From an uncultured Anaerolineaceae bacterium (lineage in GTDB: Bacteria; Chloroflexota; Anaerolineae; Anaerolineales; Anaerolineaceae): DNA of 64,000 nucleotides. The notes beneath the pieces were generated by a model. That model ran no database searches, was not told the DNA's origin, and was given only the letters and a program-made list of their open reading frames with translations. Numbering within the stretch: position 1 is the stretch's first letter; each line of letters opens with the position of its first letter. Of the stretch, positions 45,198 to 55,343 are shown piece by piece. The position numbers were made by a program, and so were the translations under genes. The stretch covers positions 1,262 through 65,261 of the forward strand of contig CAZDPK010000003.1 of NCBI GenBank assembly GCA_964507335.1, in the 5' to 3' direction.

Positions 45198-46169
45198 ATG
45201 AGTTCAGACATAAATAAAATCAGTGCTTTGGGTTGGGATAATTGCTTTTCAATAAAAAGTGGACCAGTTGAGGTTATTGCGACAGCCAATATCGGTCCTC
45301 GAATTGTGTTTTTTGGATTGGCTGGGGGGCAAAATCTACTAAAGATTTTCGAAGGACAGGCTGGCAGGACTGGTGATGAGACCTATCTTTTTTACGGTGG
45401 TCATAGAGTCTGGGCTGCTCCGGAAGACCCTATCCTGACATATTTTCCTGATAACGACTCTGTGAATGTATCTTTCGATGAAGAAAACGGCTTTCTGACC
45501 TTTACCAGATTGGCGGATGGGAGTCATCTTGAACGACGACTTTCAATGCGCGTAGCCACTGATGGCAATATGGACAGGCGTGGTGATGCGGAATTTTCAA
45601 TTGAAGAGGTTGGATTCTTGGGGTCCTTTATCGTCAAAAACGAAATCATCAATCGAAGTAAGCTGCCAATTAAAACTGCTTCCTGGGGAATTACTTCCTT
45701 GATCCCAGGGGGTGTTGGCTTTATGCCTTTAGATCGGCAGACACCACCTGAAAAACGCCTTCAAGCTCAATTTAGCGTCAATCTTTGGCCATATTCCTGT
45801 CTGAGTAATCCTTCTTACCAGTGGAAAGAAGAATGGCTCAAAATCGATCAAACCAAAACAGTTGACAAACAAAAGATAGGTACCTGGAACGAGCACCCCT
45901 GGCTGGCGTACCGTTTGGGAGAGATGTTGGTTGTTATCCAGATGTTGGGAACCCAAAAAGAACAAGTTTACTATCCTGATTTAGGCAGCAATAGTGAAAT
46001 CTATTTTGATCCCGACATGCTGGAACTGGAATTTTTGAGTGCATGGCAAACCCTGGGTACAAACGAATCTGTTTCTCACGAAGAATTATGGAGTCTGATC
46101 AGGCTTCCTGGCGATATCGATGATGTTAGCGCGATTTACGACTATGTATATCCAATAATCAAACAGTAA
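45198..46169 (+). CDS. Hypothetical protein, possibly a mutarotase-like beta-sandwich (DUF4380-like)
   Basis: 323 aa, beta-rich. FYGGHRVWAAPE resembles the G-H-R-x-W-x-x-PE motif I associate with DUF4380 and aldose-epimerase-like proteins. This is a weak recollection. Confidence 0.45.
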   Translation: MSSDINKISALGWDNCFSIKSGPVEVIATANIGPRIVFFGLAGGQNLLKIFEGQAGRTGDETYLFYGGHRVWAAPEDPILTYFPDNDSVNVSFDEENGFLTFTRLADGSHLERRLSMRVATDGNMDRRGDAEFSIEEVGFLGSFIVKNEIINRSKLPIKTASWGITSLIPGGVGFMPLDRQTPPEKRLQAQFSVNLWPYSCLSNPSYQWKEEWLKIDQTKTVDKQKIGTWNEHPWLAYRLGEMLVVIQMLGTQKEQVYYPDLGSNSEIYFDPDMLELEFLSAWQTLGTNESVSHEELWSLIRLPGDIDDVSAIYDYVYPIIKQ

Positions 46170-46333
46170 TCGTCCAGAAGATCGTCATTGCATACTTTTT
46201 TACGAATTGATCTTCATTTGACAATCATTGAAAACTGTTATTTACCTAGAACTCTGACAGTGAGTCCGAAGTATTCCTCAAGTGAGTAACAGGTCTGACG
46301 ATAACAAAAAATATTCACAGAATTGAAAGAACG

Positions 46334-46365
46334 AAAAGGCGATCCCGACTATTGGACCGCCTTTT
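46334..46365. terminator. Bidirectional terminator hairpin between convergent genes
   Basis: aaaaggcg(a)tcc ... gga(c)cgcctttt is a GC-rich stem flanked by an A-run and a T-run. Confidence 0.6.
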
Positions 46366-46393
46366 GTGACTATGTGTTCCTTTGGAGCAGTAA

Positions 46394-46753
46394 TCAGATA
46401 AAGTAAGCTATAAAGAATCCGATCAACAGACCCATCCCTGAGATGGTGACAAGCGTAAAGGCCTGAGTTCTGAAAAAATTCCGTTTGCCAACTTTGTTCA
46501 TCATGGTCACGCCTTTTTGCAGCTCAGGCGAATAATGTTTTACTTCAAGGCGTACGGTGGGTTGATAACTCAGTTGTTCCATGGCTGAAGCGTTAAACAT
46601 GATTTGCTCAACTGGTCTGGCTTGTTTTGCCGAAAAGATGCGCTGGGTATCGAAAGACAGCCGGACTTGCTTGTCGGGTTCTGCCTGTTTGCGAAGTTTT
46701 TTGCGCCTTTTCTCGGTCTTCAAACCATCCATTGGGAAGCTAGTGGCGGTCAT
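46394..46753 (-). CDS. Hypothetical tail-anchored membrane protein, 119 aa, last gene of the ftsZ operon
   Basis: Basic N-terminus (KTEKRRKKLRKQ) and a single C-terminal TM helix (AFTLVTISGMGLLIGFFIAYFI). It starts 12 nt after the preceding stop. Confidence 0.6.
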   Translation of the reverse strand: MTATSFPMDGLKTEKRRKKLRKQAEPDKQVRLSFDTQRIFSAKQARPVEQIMFNASAMEQLSYQPTVRLEVKHYSPELQKGVTMMNKVGKRNFFRTQAFTLVTISGMGLLIGFFIAYFI

Positions 46754-46765
46754 GTTTACTCCTGG

Positions 46766-46987
46766 TTATCCTCTTGAAGAAGACATCTTAGTGATATTGC
46801 CTTCTTCGTCCGCTACCACGCGGATAGTTTGTGAGATTGATTTCCCATTTGGCAAGTCATCGCTAAAACTATATTGAAGTAAATAGCTGCCGGGTGACAG
46901 CGTACTGACTTTTGGATTTTTGCCAGCCAGTTTTGGATGCTTATTAACAACTTTTTCTGTTACCTTACGTATTGCTTCTGCTTTCAT
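46766..46987 (-). CDS. Hypothetical small protein, 73 aa, immediately downstream of ftsZ
   Basis: The ORF starts 10 nt after the ftsZ stop. No family recognised. Confidence 0.5.
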   Translation of the reverse strand: MKAEAIRKVTEKVVNKHPKLAGKNPKVSTLSPGSYLLQYSFSDDLPNGKSISQTIRVVADEEGNITKMSSSRG

Positions 46988-46997
46988 ACTACCTGCT

Positions 46998-48167
46998 TTA
47001 CTTCTTCACTCTACGGCGCAAAAATGCCGGCACAGAGAGGTTATCTCTGGTGTCTACCTGAGGGTATTGTTCGAGACCAATCTCGTTGTTTACTTTTGGC
47101 TCTTCTGCGACTTGCTTAGTTTCAGTTTCAACGGGATGAGGTTCTGCGACCTGATTTTGAGCCAATCCTTTGAAACTGTCAGGCTGAAAATTTGCTTTTG
47201 GTGCACCGATTCCAGTGACGATCAAAATTAACTGGACACGATCTTCCATTCTTGGATCCGTAATGATTCCGGGGATGATATCTGCATGCCCACCGGTTGC
47301 ATTCTGTAAGGTTTTTAGTGCATCGGTCACATCACGGAAGGACATATCTTCGCTTCCGGTGAAGTTTGCGATTATTCCGGAGGAAGAAAAGAGATCGATG
47401 TCATCCAGCAATGGATGGTGAAGCGCTTTTTCAATCGCCTGGTGGACTTTGTTGGGTCCACTGCCGGTACCAATGGACATCAGAGCTCCACCACCGCGGG
47501 TCATGATGTTCTTGATATGAGAAAAGTCAACATTGATCAAACCGGTTTCTGTTACCAGTTCAGAAATACCCTGCACACCTTGTCTCAGCACGTCATCTGC
47601 CAATGTGAAAGCCATTTCCAGCGGAAGATCCCTGGGTGCTACCTCAAGCAATTTGTCGTTAGGAATGACAATGAGCGTATCGGTATATTCTTTCAGTTTT
47701 TCAATGCCTGTGTTAGCATTGCTTTGCCGACGACCGAGCTCGAAGGAGAAGGGTTTCGTGACAATTCCAACGGTGACCGCCCCGCATGCTTTGGCAACTT
47801 TGGCTGCAATCGGGATAGAGCCTGTTCCTGTTCCTCCGCCCATGCCGGCAGTCAAGAAGACCATATCGGCACCCTGAAGAATGTTTGCAAGCTCCTTGGT
47901 GCTTTCTTCTGCTGCTGATTCACCAACCGTGGGCAACCCTCCAGCACCCAACCCACGGGTCAGTTTTGGACCCAGTTGGATTTTGTTGGGCGCAAGGTTG
48001 ATAGCCAACGCTTGGGCATCGGTGTTGGCTGCCACAAATGTGACACCCTGCATACCGCCTTCAATCATACGATTGACTGCGTTGGAACCACCACCACCCA
48101 TTCCAATCACTACAATTTTTGGGACGGTGGGGGAAATATGACTCGAGTTTGCGTAAGTTGGGACCAT
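46998..48167 (-). CDS. ftsZ: Cell division protein FtsZ
   Basis: GMGGGGSNAVNRM, the tubulin signature GGGTGTGS, and the C-terminal peptide DNLSVPAFLRRR. Confidence 0.97.
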   Translation of the reverse strand: MVPTYANSSHISPTVPKIVVIGMGGGGSNAVNRMIEGGMQGVTFVAANTDAQALAINLAPNKIQLGPKLTRGLGAGGLPTVGESAAEESTKELANILQGADMVFLTAGMGGGTGTGSIPIAAKVAKACGAVTVGIVTKPFSFELGRRQSNANTGIEKLKEYTDTLIVIPNDKLLEVAPRDLPLEMAFTLADDVLRQGVQGISELVTETGLINVDFSHIKNIMTRGGGALMSIGTGSGPNKVHQAIEKALHHPLLDDIDLFSSSGIIANFTGSEDMSFRDVTDALKTLQNATGGHADIIPGIITDPRMEDRVQLILIVTGIGAPKANFQPDSFKGLAQNQVAEPHPVETETKQVAEEPKVNNEIGLEQYPQVDTRDNLSVPAFLRRRVKK

Positions 48168-48184
48168 GTTTTCTCTCCTTCGAT

Positions 48185-49459
48185 TTAAGCCGGAACCCCG
48201 ATGCTATTGATGATCTGCTCATCGATCAGGCAGCCTGCTTCACGTAAAATATTTATGTCATGCCCGCTAAAAGCACCGTTTTCATTCCATACAGTCACTT
48301 TGCGTGCGTTGGTTGCTTCAATCAAGGAAAAACCAATCGTCGGGCGGGAATCGCGAATTATGGGTCGTATTCGATCCAAGGTGTTTTCAGGGATCCCCCA
48401 TTCGTATGATGGCAGTAAGAGGTAATGGTCGATAGGGTAAATCCAGGATGCCAATCGATCAGAAACAGCATACTCGAGGGTTTGCTTACGCGTGTGTTCC
48501 AGCTTTTCTTTATAGGCTGGAATCGCAGCCACCTTCGGTTTTCCACTTACGTCAAAGAAGGCGGTTGTGCCATCCTGGCTTTCTTCGCTGGAACTGAGAA
48601 TCCAAAATAAACAGCCAAGGATGTTGTTTTTCTGGTCAGCAACCCGTCCTGCTTCTTCTGAAGGGCTTAGGGCGAAATCGATCAGTTGTTCAAAAGTGAC
48701 CTTTGGGTCCAAAACACTACTGCGGATATCTGAACTACCAAAATAGAACAGGAACATCTTCGGGTCAACCCCCAAAATGCTATTGATAAGATCGGCATAC
48801 CATTGCCAGGTATTAAAACCGATGTGATCTTCTTCACCAATTTCACTCTTGGAATAGGGACGGGAAACTTTCCAATTGCGCTTTCCGCCTGCTCCCCAAC
48901 TAAGAGGATGGTTGAAAGTCTGTGAGCTAACCGCAATATGCAGATTTGAAACGAAGTCGAGGGAACGGCGCTGCTTAGCAAGAGTTAGAACCTTCTTCAG
49001 AAAAGAAAGATCCCAATAATCTCCCCCTGGCTGCAATGGGGGAAATACAGGAATCAGACCCTGTTGCTCTGCAGCTCGAACAAATGGCAGATAGCGGTCC
49101 AGAAAACGTTCAACCAGGTCACCCTGCGACCAGGTGTCGTGAAGCCAGCTGGATTTCATATTGGGTCTGTCGAAGAAAACGACATACTTTACGCCCCATT
49201 TGGCATAAGAACTGAGAAGGATGCGCAAATCTTCAGCACGGACCTCTGAATTGACAGCAAAATCGAAATGGATGATCGGTTGTACGCCTGAATCGATCAA
49301 ACCGGAAATAAACTCCTCTGGAATCGCATAAGAGGGGCTTGCTTTCAATACCAGCCAGCCTGACTGTAATGATTCCAATTCTGGTTTCCACAACGCCAGA
49401 TCTCTGGTCTGGTAATGGTTCAAGTCTTGAAAATAGTGAAAGCCAATTTTCTTTTCCAT
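48185..49459 (-). CDS. Hypothetical protein, 424 aa, first gene of the ftsZ operon (possibly a TIM-barrel-like N-terminal half)
   Basis: Long ORF ending 17 nt before the ftsZ start. The alternating beta/alpha-like pattern (VQPIIHFDF, VKYVVFFDRPN, LIPVFPPLQPGG) is suggestive only. Confidence 0.6.
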   Translation of the reverse strand: MEKKIGFHYFQDLNHYQTRDLALWKPELESLQSGWLVLKASPSYAIPEEFISGLIDSGVQPIIHFDFAVNSEVRAEDLRILLSSYAKWGVKYVVFFDRPNMKSSWLHDTWSQGDLVERFLDRYLPFVRAAEQQGLIPVFPPLQPGGDYWDLSFLKKVLTLAKQRRSLDFVSNLHIAVSSQTFNHPLSWGAGGKRNWKVSRPYSKSEIGEEDHIGFNTWQWYADLINSILGVDPKMFLFYFGSSDIRSSVLDPKVTFEQLIDFALSPSEEAGRVADQKNNILGCLFWILSSSEESQDGTTAFFDVSGKPKVAAIPAYKEKLEHTRKQTLEYAVSDRLASWIYPIDHYLLLPSYEWGIPENTLDRIRPIIRDSRPTIGFSLIEATNARKVTVWNENGAFSGHDINILREAGCLIDEQIINSIGVPA

Positions 49460-49539
49460 AACTCCAATCGTCCACCTTTCTTACCACATAATTAAGTGCA
49501 AGTAGTATGCCAAGTTCCTGATCTGATATAATTGCCGAC

Positions 49540-50445
49540 ATGATTTTGGTCACTGGCAGCACTGGTTTCATTGGGAAAAAGTTCATTCAAAAATTGGAGG
49601 ATCATTCCTTTGATTATCGATTGCTTCTATCGCCCGGTTCTGTTAGCGGCGGCTTGCCAAAAGGAAAGAAATACGATCTCATCTTAAGTTCGATGGATGA
49701 CAGCGGCAGCTTGCGTTCAGCTTTCAACCAGGTGGATACGGTCTTTCATCTTGCCGGTGTAGAGCAAGATGGACTAAAGGCAGACTTGAGGCAATTTGAG
49801 ATTCGAAACCTTGAAACCTTAACTGAAATTGCCAGAAAAGCCGGCGTCCAACGGTTTTATTACATCAGCCATCTGGGAGCTGATAAAAACTCAGCCTATG
49901 GTCTCCTAAAAGCCAAAGGGCTTGGCGAAGAAGTGGTCAGAAAGTCAGGCTTGCCATACATCATCTTTCGCAGTAGTTGGCTTTTTGGTGAGGGCGATCA
50001 TTTTACAGAGTCGATTGCTCGGTTAATCAAAAAGTTTGCTGGTTTTTTCTTTCTGCCAGGAGAAGGGCAGGTTTTGCTTCAACCACTTTGGATCGACGAT
50101 TTTGTTACTGCGATGCTTTGGTCTATGGATATACCCGAAACACTTAATCAGATCATTGAGATTGGCGGTCCAGAACAGTTGACCTACCGTGATATCGCGC
50201 AGTTAGTCGGGCAGGCGCTGGGTAAGAATCCGAAGTTCTTGAGTATCTCACCTGTCCAATACAGTTTTTTTACCCAAATGATAGAAAACAACATGAAAAA
50301 CCCTCCAATCAATGTATACTGGATGGACTACCTGGCTGAAAATAGAACTACTACCCTGGACAGTATGTCAAGGATGTTTGAAATCAATCCAGCCAGGATG
50401 AAATTAAAACTTGCGCACCTCAAAGGAAAACAACGCTCTTTATGA
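49540..50445 (+). CDS. NAD(P)H-binding atypical SDR (NmrA/NDUFA9-like)
   Basis: MILVTGSTGFIGKKF Rossmann motif; 301 aa. Confidence 0.8.
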   Translation: MILVTGSTGFIGKKFIQKLEDHSFDYRLLLSPGSVSGGLPKGKKYDLILSSMDDSGSLRSAFNQVDTVFHLAGVEQDGLKADLRQFEIRNLETLTEIARKAGVQRFYYISHLGADKNSAYGLLKAKGLGEEVVRKSGLPYIIFRSSWLFGEGDHFTESIARLIKKFAGFFFLPGEGQVLLQPLWIDDFVTAMLWSMDIPETLNQIIEIGGPEQLTYRDIAQLVGQALGKNPKFLSISPVQYSFFTQMIENNMKNPPINVYWMDYLAENRTTTLDSMSRMFEINPARMKLKLAHLKGKQRSL

Positions 50446-51824
50446 ACCTATGTATTCACGGTCACTTCTACCAACCACCACGCGAAGATCCCATCTCGAA
50501 CTATATCCCCTCAGAAGTCGGTGCAGAACCTTTTAATAACTGGAATGAAAAAATCCTGTCGGAATGCTATGAGCCAAATGCCCTGGCAGGTAATTTTGGC
50601 AAGATCAGCTTTAATATTGGTCCAACATTGTTTCGCTGGATGTGGGAATATAGACCAGAAATTGCGCGAATGATTGTTGACCAAGAGCGAGCAAATTTTG
50701 AGAAATTTGGGGTTGGAAATGGCATGGCACAAAGTTGTCACCATACCATCCTTCCTTTGGCTACCCCCGAAGACAGGTTCACGCAGGTCTATTGGGGCAT
50801 CTATGATTTCGAATATCGTTTTGGTCACAAACCAGAAGGTATCTGGCTGCCAGAGGCTGGAGCAGACATGGATACCTTGTGTGTATTATCTGATTTGGGT
50901 CTGAAATTCACCATCCTGGCACCTTGGCAAGTTCGATCGGTGGATGGTCGACCAGGTCCTTACCTGGTAGATCTTCCAGGAGGACGGGAACCAATTATCG
51001 TCTTTCCGTATCAGCGGGAGCTGAGCACGATGGTCAGTTTTATTCCGAATAGTACTCAAAATGGCGACCATTTCCTCTACATTGCTCGTGAAAAACTGGC
51101 AAATGATCAGTCTGGGCTCAACATTATTGCCAGCGATGGTGAACTCTATGGACATCATCAAAAATTCCGCGACCTTTTTCTTAATTACGTTGTCAATTCA
51201 GGCGAGTCTCAACCCGATCTTAACTGGACATATCCGGGGAAGTGGCTGCTGGAAAATGAGGTGACTGCCAAGGCAATGTTGGTTTCACCCTCTTCTTGGT
51301 CATGCTTCCATGGTGTGGATCGTTGGAAGAAGGAATGCACCTGTACCCCTGGAGCAGACTGGAAAGGACCATTATATCTTTCATTAACGAAGATCGCTGG
51401 CTGGCTAGACCAGTCTTTTGTGCGCTTCATGTCAGGGTTTGTGACGGACCCTTGGCGGTTCCGCAACAAATACATCAAGGTCTTCAACGGTCAACAAACA
51501 CTCTCCGATCTACTTACAGAAGAAGGCGCGACCAATTTCACAATGGCTGACCTGGAAAAGATTAACACGCTGATGCGGGCTCAGATTAAACGTCAGCGCA
51601 TGTTCTCTTCTTGTGGTTGGTTCCACCAGGAATTTCACCGCATTGAACCTCAAAACAACATTGCTTACGCAGCCATGGCTGTTTGGTTGACCGACCTGGT
51701 CACTGGTGACCATATTGATCCGGAAGTAATCGAATCTCTGGTGAATGTAAGGGATAAAAAATCAGGTCTGAGAGCCGACAGTGTCTTCACTCAGACCTTG
51801 ATTAGAGCCAAAAACGAGACTTAA
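50442..51824 (+). CDS. Glycoside hydrolase family 57 protein (DUF3536-type)
   Basis: HGHFYQPPRE (GH57 region I), GIWLPEAG (nucleophile Glu region) and SDGELYGHH (acid/base Asp region). ATGA overlap with the SDR gene. Confidence 0.82.
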   Translation: MNLCIHGHFYQPPREDPISNYIPSEVGAEPFNNWNEKILSECYEPNALAGNFGKISFNIGPTLFRWMWEYRPEIARMIVDQERANFEKFGVGNGMAQSCHHTILPLATPEDRFTQVYWGIYDFEYRFGHKPEGIWLPEAGADMDTLCVLSDLGLKFTILAPWQVRSVDGRPGPYLVDLPGGREPIIVFPYQRELSTMVSFIPNSTQNGDHFLYIAREKLANDQSGLNIIASDGELYGHHQKFRDLFLNYVVNSGESQPDLNWTYPGKWLLENEVTAKAMLVSPSSWSCFHGVDRWKKECTCTPGADWKGPLYLSLTKIAGWLDQSFVRFMSGFVTDPWRFRNKYIKVFNGQQTLSDLLTEEGATNFTMADLEKINTLMRAQIKRQRMFSSCGWFHQEFHRIEPQNNIAYAAMAVWLTDLVTGDHIDPEVIESLVNVRDKKSGLRADSVFTQTLIRAKNET

Positions 51825-54800
51825 TCCTGTTCAAGCAGATCAAGCATCTTATCCAGTTGGTATTCTGATTTTTCTTCAGCATCACTGATTTCGGTGAATA
51901 GCCGTTCTTGCTTCAGGATTGATTCCAAAGTCTCGGAGGGGTCTGCATCCTGATCAATTGCAAGCGTAAGGAGCCTGACAGCACGTTGATACCAAAGCAG
52001 GTTTTCAAAATGCTCTTTGTTGAACCAGCGAATGCCATTATACTCGTTGACTTCCAGGTAGTTTGTCACCGCAGGATCGGCAACCCATTTTTCAAGCAGT
52101 GATTTAGCGCTTTCTTCGGCGTCTATGATCTGCAGGTCAGTAATAAGCGCTTGGATTGCCTGGATGGATTTCCAGGATTCGTACTCTGAAAAGCCTAACT
52201 GACCCAAGGTCTGTTTGAGCAGGTTTGCCACCGGTTTTCGTTGGGCGATTTCACGGTTTAAGCCCTGAGCTTCTGCCTGATCACCTGGACCGGCAAGATT
52301 GCTTAAAAATGCCCAACTCATTAAGACATATTGTCTGCGTGGGTCGTTTTCAAGCTGTTCGCTTAGATTTTCATAAGCTTTGCGCGTAGTCACCATGGCG
52401 GATAGGCCTAATTGTCCATTCAGCTTTTCAGGATCAGAAAGAGTGATGACCAATTCCTTGGCTCGCTTATTCGCTAGTTCAAGGTCAATCGCGTTTTCCT
52501 GAGATTGTCCTGCTTTCAACAGGTAACCCAGTGTCTCATCCAGGAGGTTAGCGGAGATTTTGTTCTCGCCATCTTGTAGCAGAGGTTTACTTAAGCCTTT
52601 CAAGGTTTGGGGATTGATTGCTGCACGAAGAGGTTGCAGAAGAGGCGTATGGATGATTTCTTCCAATGCTCCACCGAGGTCGGCGATACCCTGACCATTG
52701 TACGTCTCGTACAAAGAGGTAAATTGAGGTCCGTTTACAACCTGAAAATCTAGCAAAACCTGATGACCATACGATTGCAAATCGAAATGCATACCGCGTT
52801 CGCGAATTTCACCAAGCTTTCGCAGGAACCACAATCTTGAATTGTTGTCTCTAAAAAGCACAAGATCGTCGTTGTTGCCCTGTAGTTGCAGAGCATTGGC
52901 AAGCTCGCTTTGGTGTAATTGACCTTCATTCCCATCTTTCACAAGATAAGGAGCGGATTGCTTAATCCAGCCAGAGCTCTCGCCGAAGCGGTTGTTGTAG
53001 ACTACCAAGGCGGCGTGTCCCTGGAAATAATTGCTGTATGCAAAAACGTTCTCGTCAACAAGGCCACCATCGTTCCAAAAATCGTAAAGGCGGAAGTTTT
53101 CCACTTCAGCAAAGACCTTACGCCGATGGAGAAGTGGGAAGATGGTTGACGTGTGGTGATCAACCAACCCCTGGTCGGGAGTTTCGTCCCAATAGGGGCG
53201 GTAATATTCCATACCGTACTTTTCTGAATAGCCTTCAACTTGTCCATGACCAAACATTGGCAAGCCCGGCATGGTCGAAAGCAGCGTGCAAATGCCGAAA
53301 TATTTGTCACCCTTTCCGAATTGCTCAACAGCCGTCTTTTCATCCGGATTGTTCATAAAATTCACGTAGCGTTTGAGAATCTGGGGATCGTACACCAGCG
53401 TGTTTTTGATCAGCAATCGGTATTTCTCGTTTTCTTCGTTACGGAGCATGTGCATGAATGCGCTGTTGTAGACCCTGTGCATGCCCAACGTGCGCACGAA
53501 ATAACCTTCCATTAACCAGAATGCTTCAGCCAAAAGGAGCGTATCCGGCACTTCTGCAGCAACCCTATCCACAACCTCACGCCAGAATTCCTCTGGCATG
53601 ACCTGATCGAAAGATTCTTTTGTCATGGCATAATCGGCACGAGAGGGGATGTCTCCGCCGCTGCCCGGCTGCGGGAACCACAGGCGCTGGTAATGTTTTT
53701 TGGTTAGCGTCATGGCTGCATCGAAGCGGATGATGGGGAATTTTCGAGCAACATCCAGAATGGTTTGGATGACAGACTCACGAACTACAGGGTCCAGATA
53801 ATTTAGTTGGGCGGTATCATTCCAGGGCATGCTAGTGCCGTCATTGCCGTGGTAGATAAAACGCGTTCGACCTGTGTTGTGGTCGTAATGTTTGAAAACT
53901 ACAGCGGCATCGGTGCGGGAATAATAATGATCTTCCAGATTAACGCTGATGCCAGGACGTTTGGAGAGGTCCGGACTGTTGAATTGGTAAGCTGGGAAGG
54001 GCGGTTGATCCGACTGGATGAACCAATCCGGGTGATCATAGACCCAGTCCGAATCAATCGCCATATGATTTGGGACCATATCGCTGGCAAGCTTGATTCC
54101 GCGTTCACCGCAGCGTCTTGAGAGATTGTCATAAGCTTCGTCGCCACCCAAACGGGAAGCAATCTGGTAGCGTGCCAGAGAATAGGCAGAAGCAACCGCG
54201 TCAGGGTTGCCTGTCATCTGCTTGATCTCGCGTGAAGCGTCACTGCGTTCCCACAAGCCGATCAGCCACAGACCAGTAAAGCCCCATTGAGCCAGTTGAT
54301 CAAGTGTTTCATCCGGTACCTGGTCCAACCGGTCGATTGGGCGCTGGAACTCGCGGGAAAGTTGATTTAACCAAACGAATGTATTTTTTGCCATCATCAC
54401 TACTCGAGGCATCCAGTCGCTATCCTGGCTAAAGTTTTCAATTTCGGTTAATTTACTACCCCAGGGATCAAATTGATAATCAGGCACATAAGTTTCTGCT
54501 TTGGAGAAATCAGGTCCGGCAGTGAAAAACATTGCGCGGGCTTTAGCTTCTTCGCTGAATAAGTCCAGGCTGCCAAGTAAGCGCTGCAAAAAATCACCCA
54601 GATAGGCACTCCAGTTTTGGCGAATAAAATCCAACTGACCAGTAAGCGAGTCTGGCGATTGTAAGGCTGGTGTGCGGAGCATGGTTATCAGATCCTGATT
54701 GTCGGGACCAAAGGGAGGTTGGGCTTTGAAAAAAGTTTGGATGCTATCCAAAAGAGGAGCATATTCAGTATTGGAATAGAGCGGACGGTCATCAAATATT

Positions 54801-55291
54801 TCGCGATAACGCATAGCGGCAGGGTTCACATTTGTAAGCCAGGTCATCAATAATTCTTCCACGGTGACATCGTAGTTATTGACTCCTTTGTCGGAACCTT
54901 TCAAGTATTCCTGGAGAGATTGTCCACCTTTATAAACAGCCGTGGGAGGGAATTGTTGATTGAATTTAATAAGTGTTTCGATCGCTTTTTCGCGACCCAG
55001 ACGTTCAATCAGGTAACGCGCCAGGGCGGTCTGAATGCTACGACCATGGGTGTTATAGTATTCCTCAACAACCTGATGGAATATCTCGTCGATCAATCCC
55101 AAAGCGTTGATATCAGCCGGCGAAGCAAGCGTATCAAGGTCGTTGGTATCAGCTCGTAACTGGTTGATTTTATGAGCAAACTCGCGGGAGGCGTGAAAAT
55201 TGGCAAAAATTACGTTACCATTTTTTGAGAATAAAACCTCATCAAATTGATACTTGTCGCGTGCTTCTTTAGTGACGTGAAATTCCTTCAT
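51821..55291 (-). CDS. Large (1156 aa) alpha-amylase-family (GH13-like) protein
   Basis: GFTGLWLIGLWERS, DMVPNH, IIRFDAAMTL, LLLAEAFW and NFMNNPDE correspond to GH13 conserved regions I-IV. It has long N- and C-terminal extensions. Confidence 0.8.
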   Translation of the reverse strand: MKEFHVTKEARDKYQFDEVLFSKNGNVIFANFHASREFAHKINQLRADTNDLDTLASPADINALGLIDEIFHQVVEEYYNTHGRSIQTALARYLIERLGREKAIETLIKFNQQFPPTAVYKGGQSLQEYLKGSDKGVNNYDVTVEELLMTWLTNVNPAAMRYREIFDDRPLYSNTEYAPLLDSIQTFFKAQPPFGPDNQDLITMLRTPALQSPDSLTGQLDFIRQNWSAYLGDFLQRLLGSLDLFSEEAKARAMFFTAGPDFSKAETYVPDYQFDPWGSKLTEIENFSQDSDWMPRVVMMAKNTFVWLNQLSREFQRPIDRLDQVPDETLDQLAQWGFTGLWLIGLWERSDASREIKQMTGNPDAVASAYSLARYQIASRLGGDEAYDNLSRRCGERGIKLASDMVPNHMAIDSDWVYDHPDWFIQSDQPPFPAYQFNSPDLSKRPGISVNLEDHYYSRTDAAVVFKHYDHNTGRTRFIYHGNDGTSMPWNDTAQLNYLDPVVRESVIQTILDVARKFPIIRFDAAMTLTKKHYQRLWFPQPGSGGDIPSRADYAMTKESFDQVMPEEFWREVVDRVAAEVPDTLLLAEAFWLMEGYFVRTLGMHRVYNSAFMHMLRNEENEKYRLLIKNTLVYDPQILKRYVNFMNNPDEKTAVEQFGKGDKYFGICTLLSTMPGLPMFGHGQVEGYSEKYGMEYYRPYWDETPDQGLVDHHTSTIFPLLHRRKVFAEVENFRLYDFWNDGGLVDENVFAYSNYFQGHAALVVYNNRFGESSGWIKQSAPYLVKDGNEGQLHQSELANALQLQGNNDDLVLFRDNNSRLWFLRKLGEIRERGMHFDLQSYGHQVLLDFQVVNGPQFTSLYETYNGQGIADLGGALEEIIHTPLLQPLRAAINPQTLKGLSKPLLQDGENKISANLLDETLGYLLKAGQSQENAIDLELANKRAKELVITLSDPEKLNGQLGLSAMVTTRKAYENLSEQLENDPRRQYVLMSWAFLSNLAGPGDQAEAQGLNREIAQRKPVANLLKQTLGQLGFSEYESWKSIQAIQALITDLQIIDAEESAKSLLEKWVADPAVTNYLEVNEYNGIRWFNKEHFENLLWYQRAVRLLTLAIDQDADPSETLESILKQERLFTEISDAEEKSEYQLDKMLDLLEQD

Positions 55292-55343
55292 GGTCCCTCG
55301 CTTGATAAGATATTAAATTGCCTGGATAAACAAGTAAATTGTA

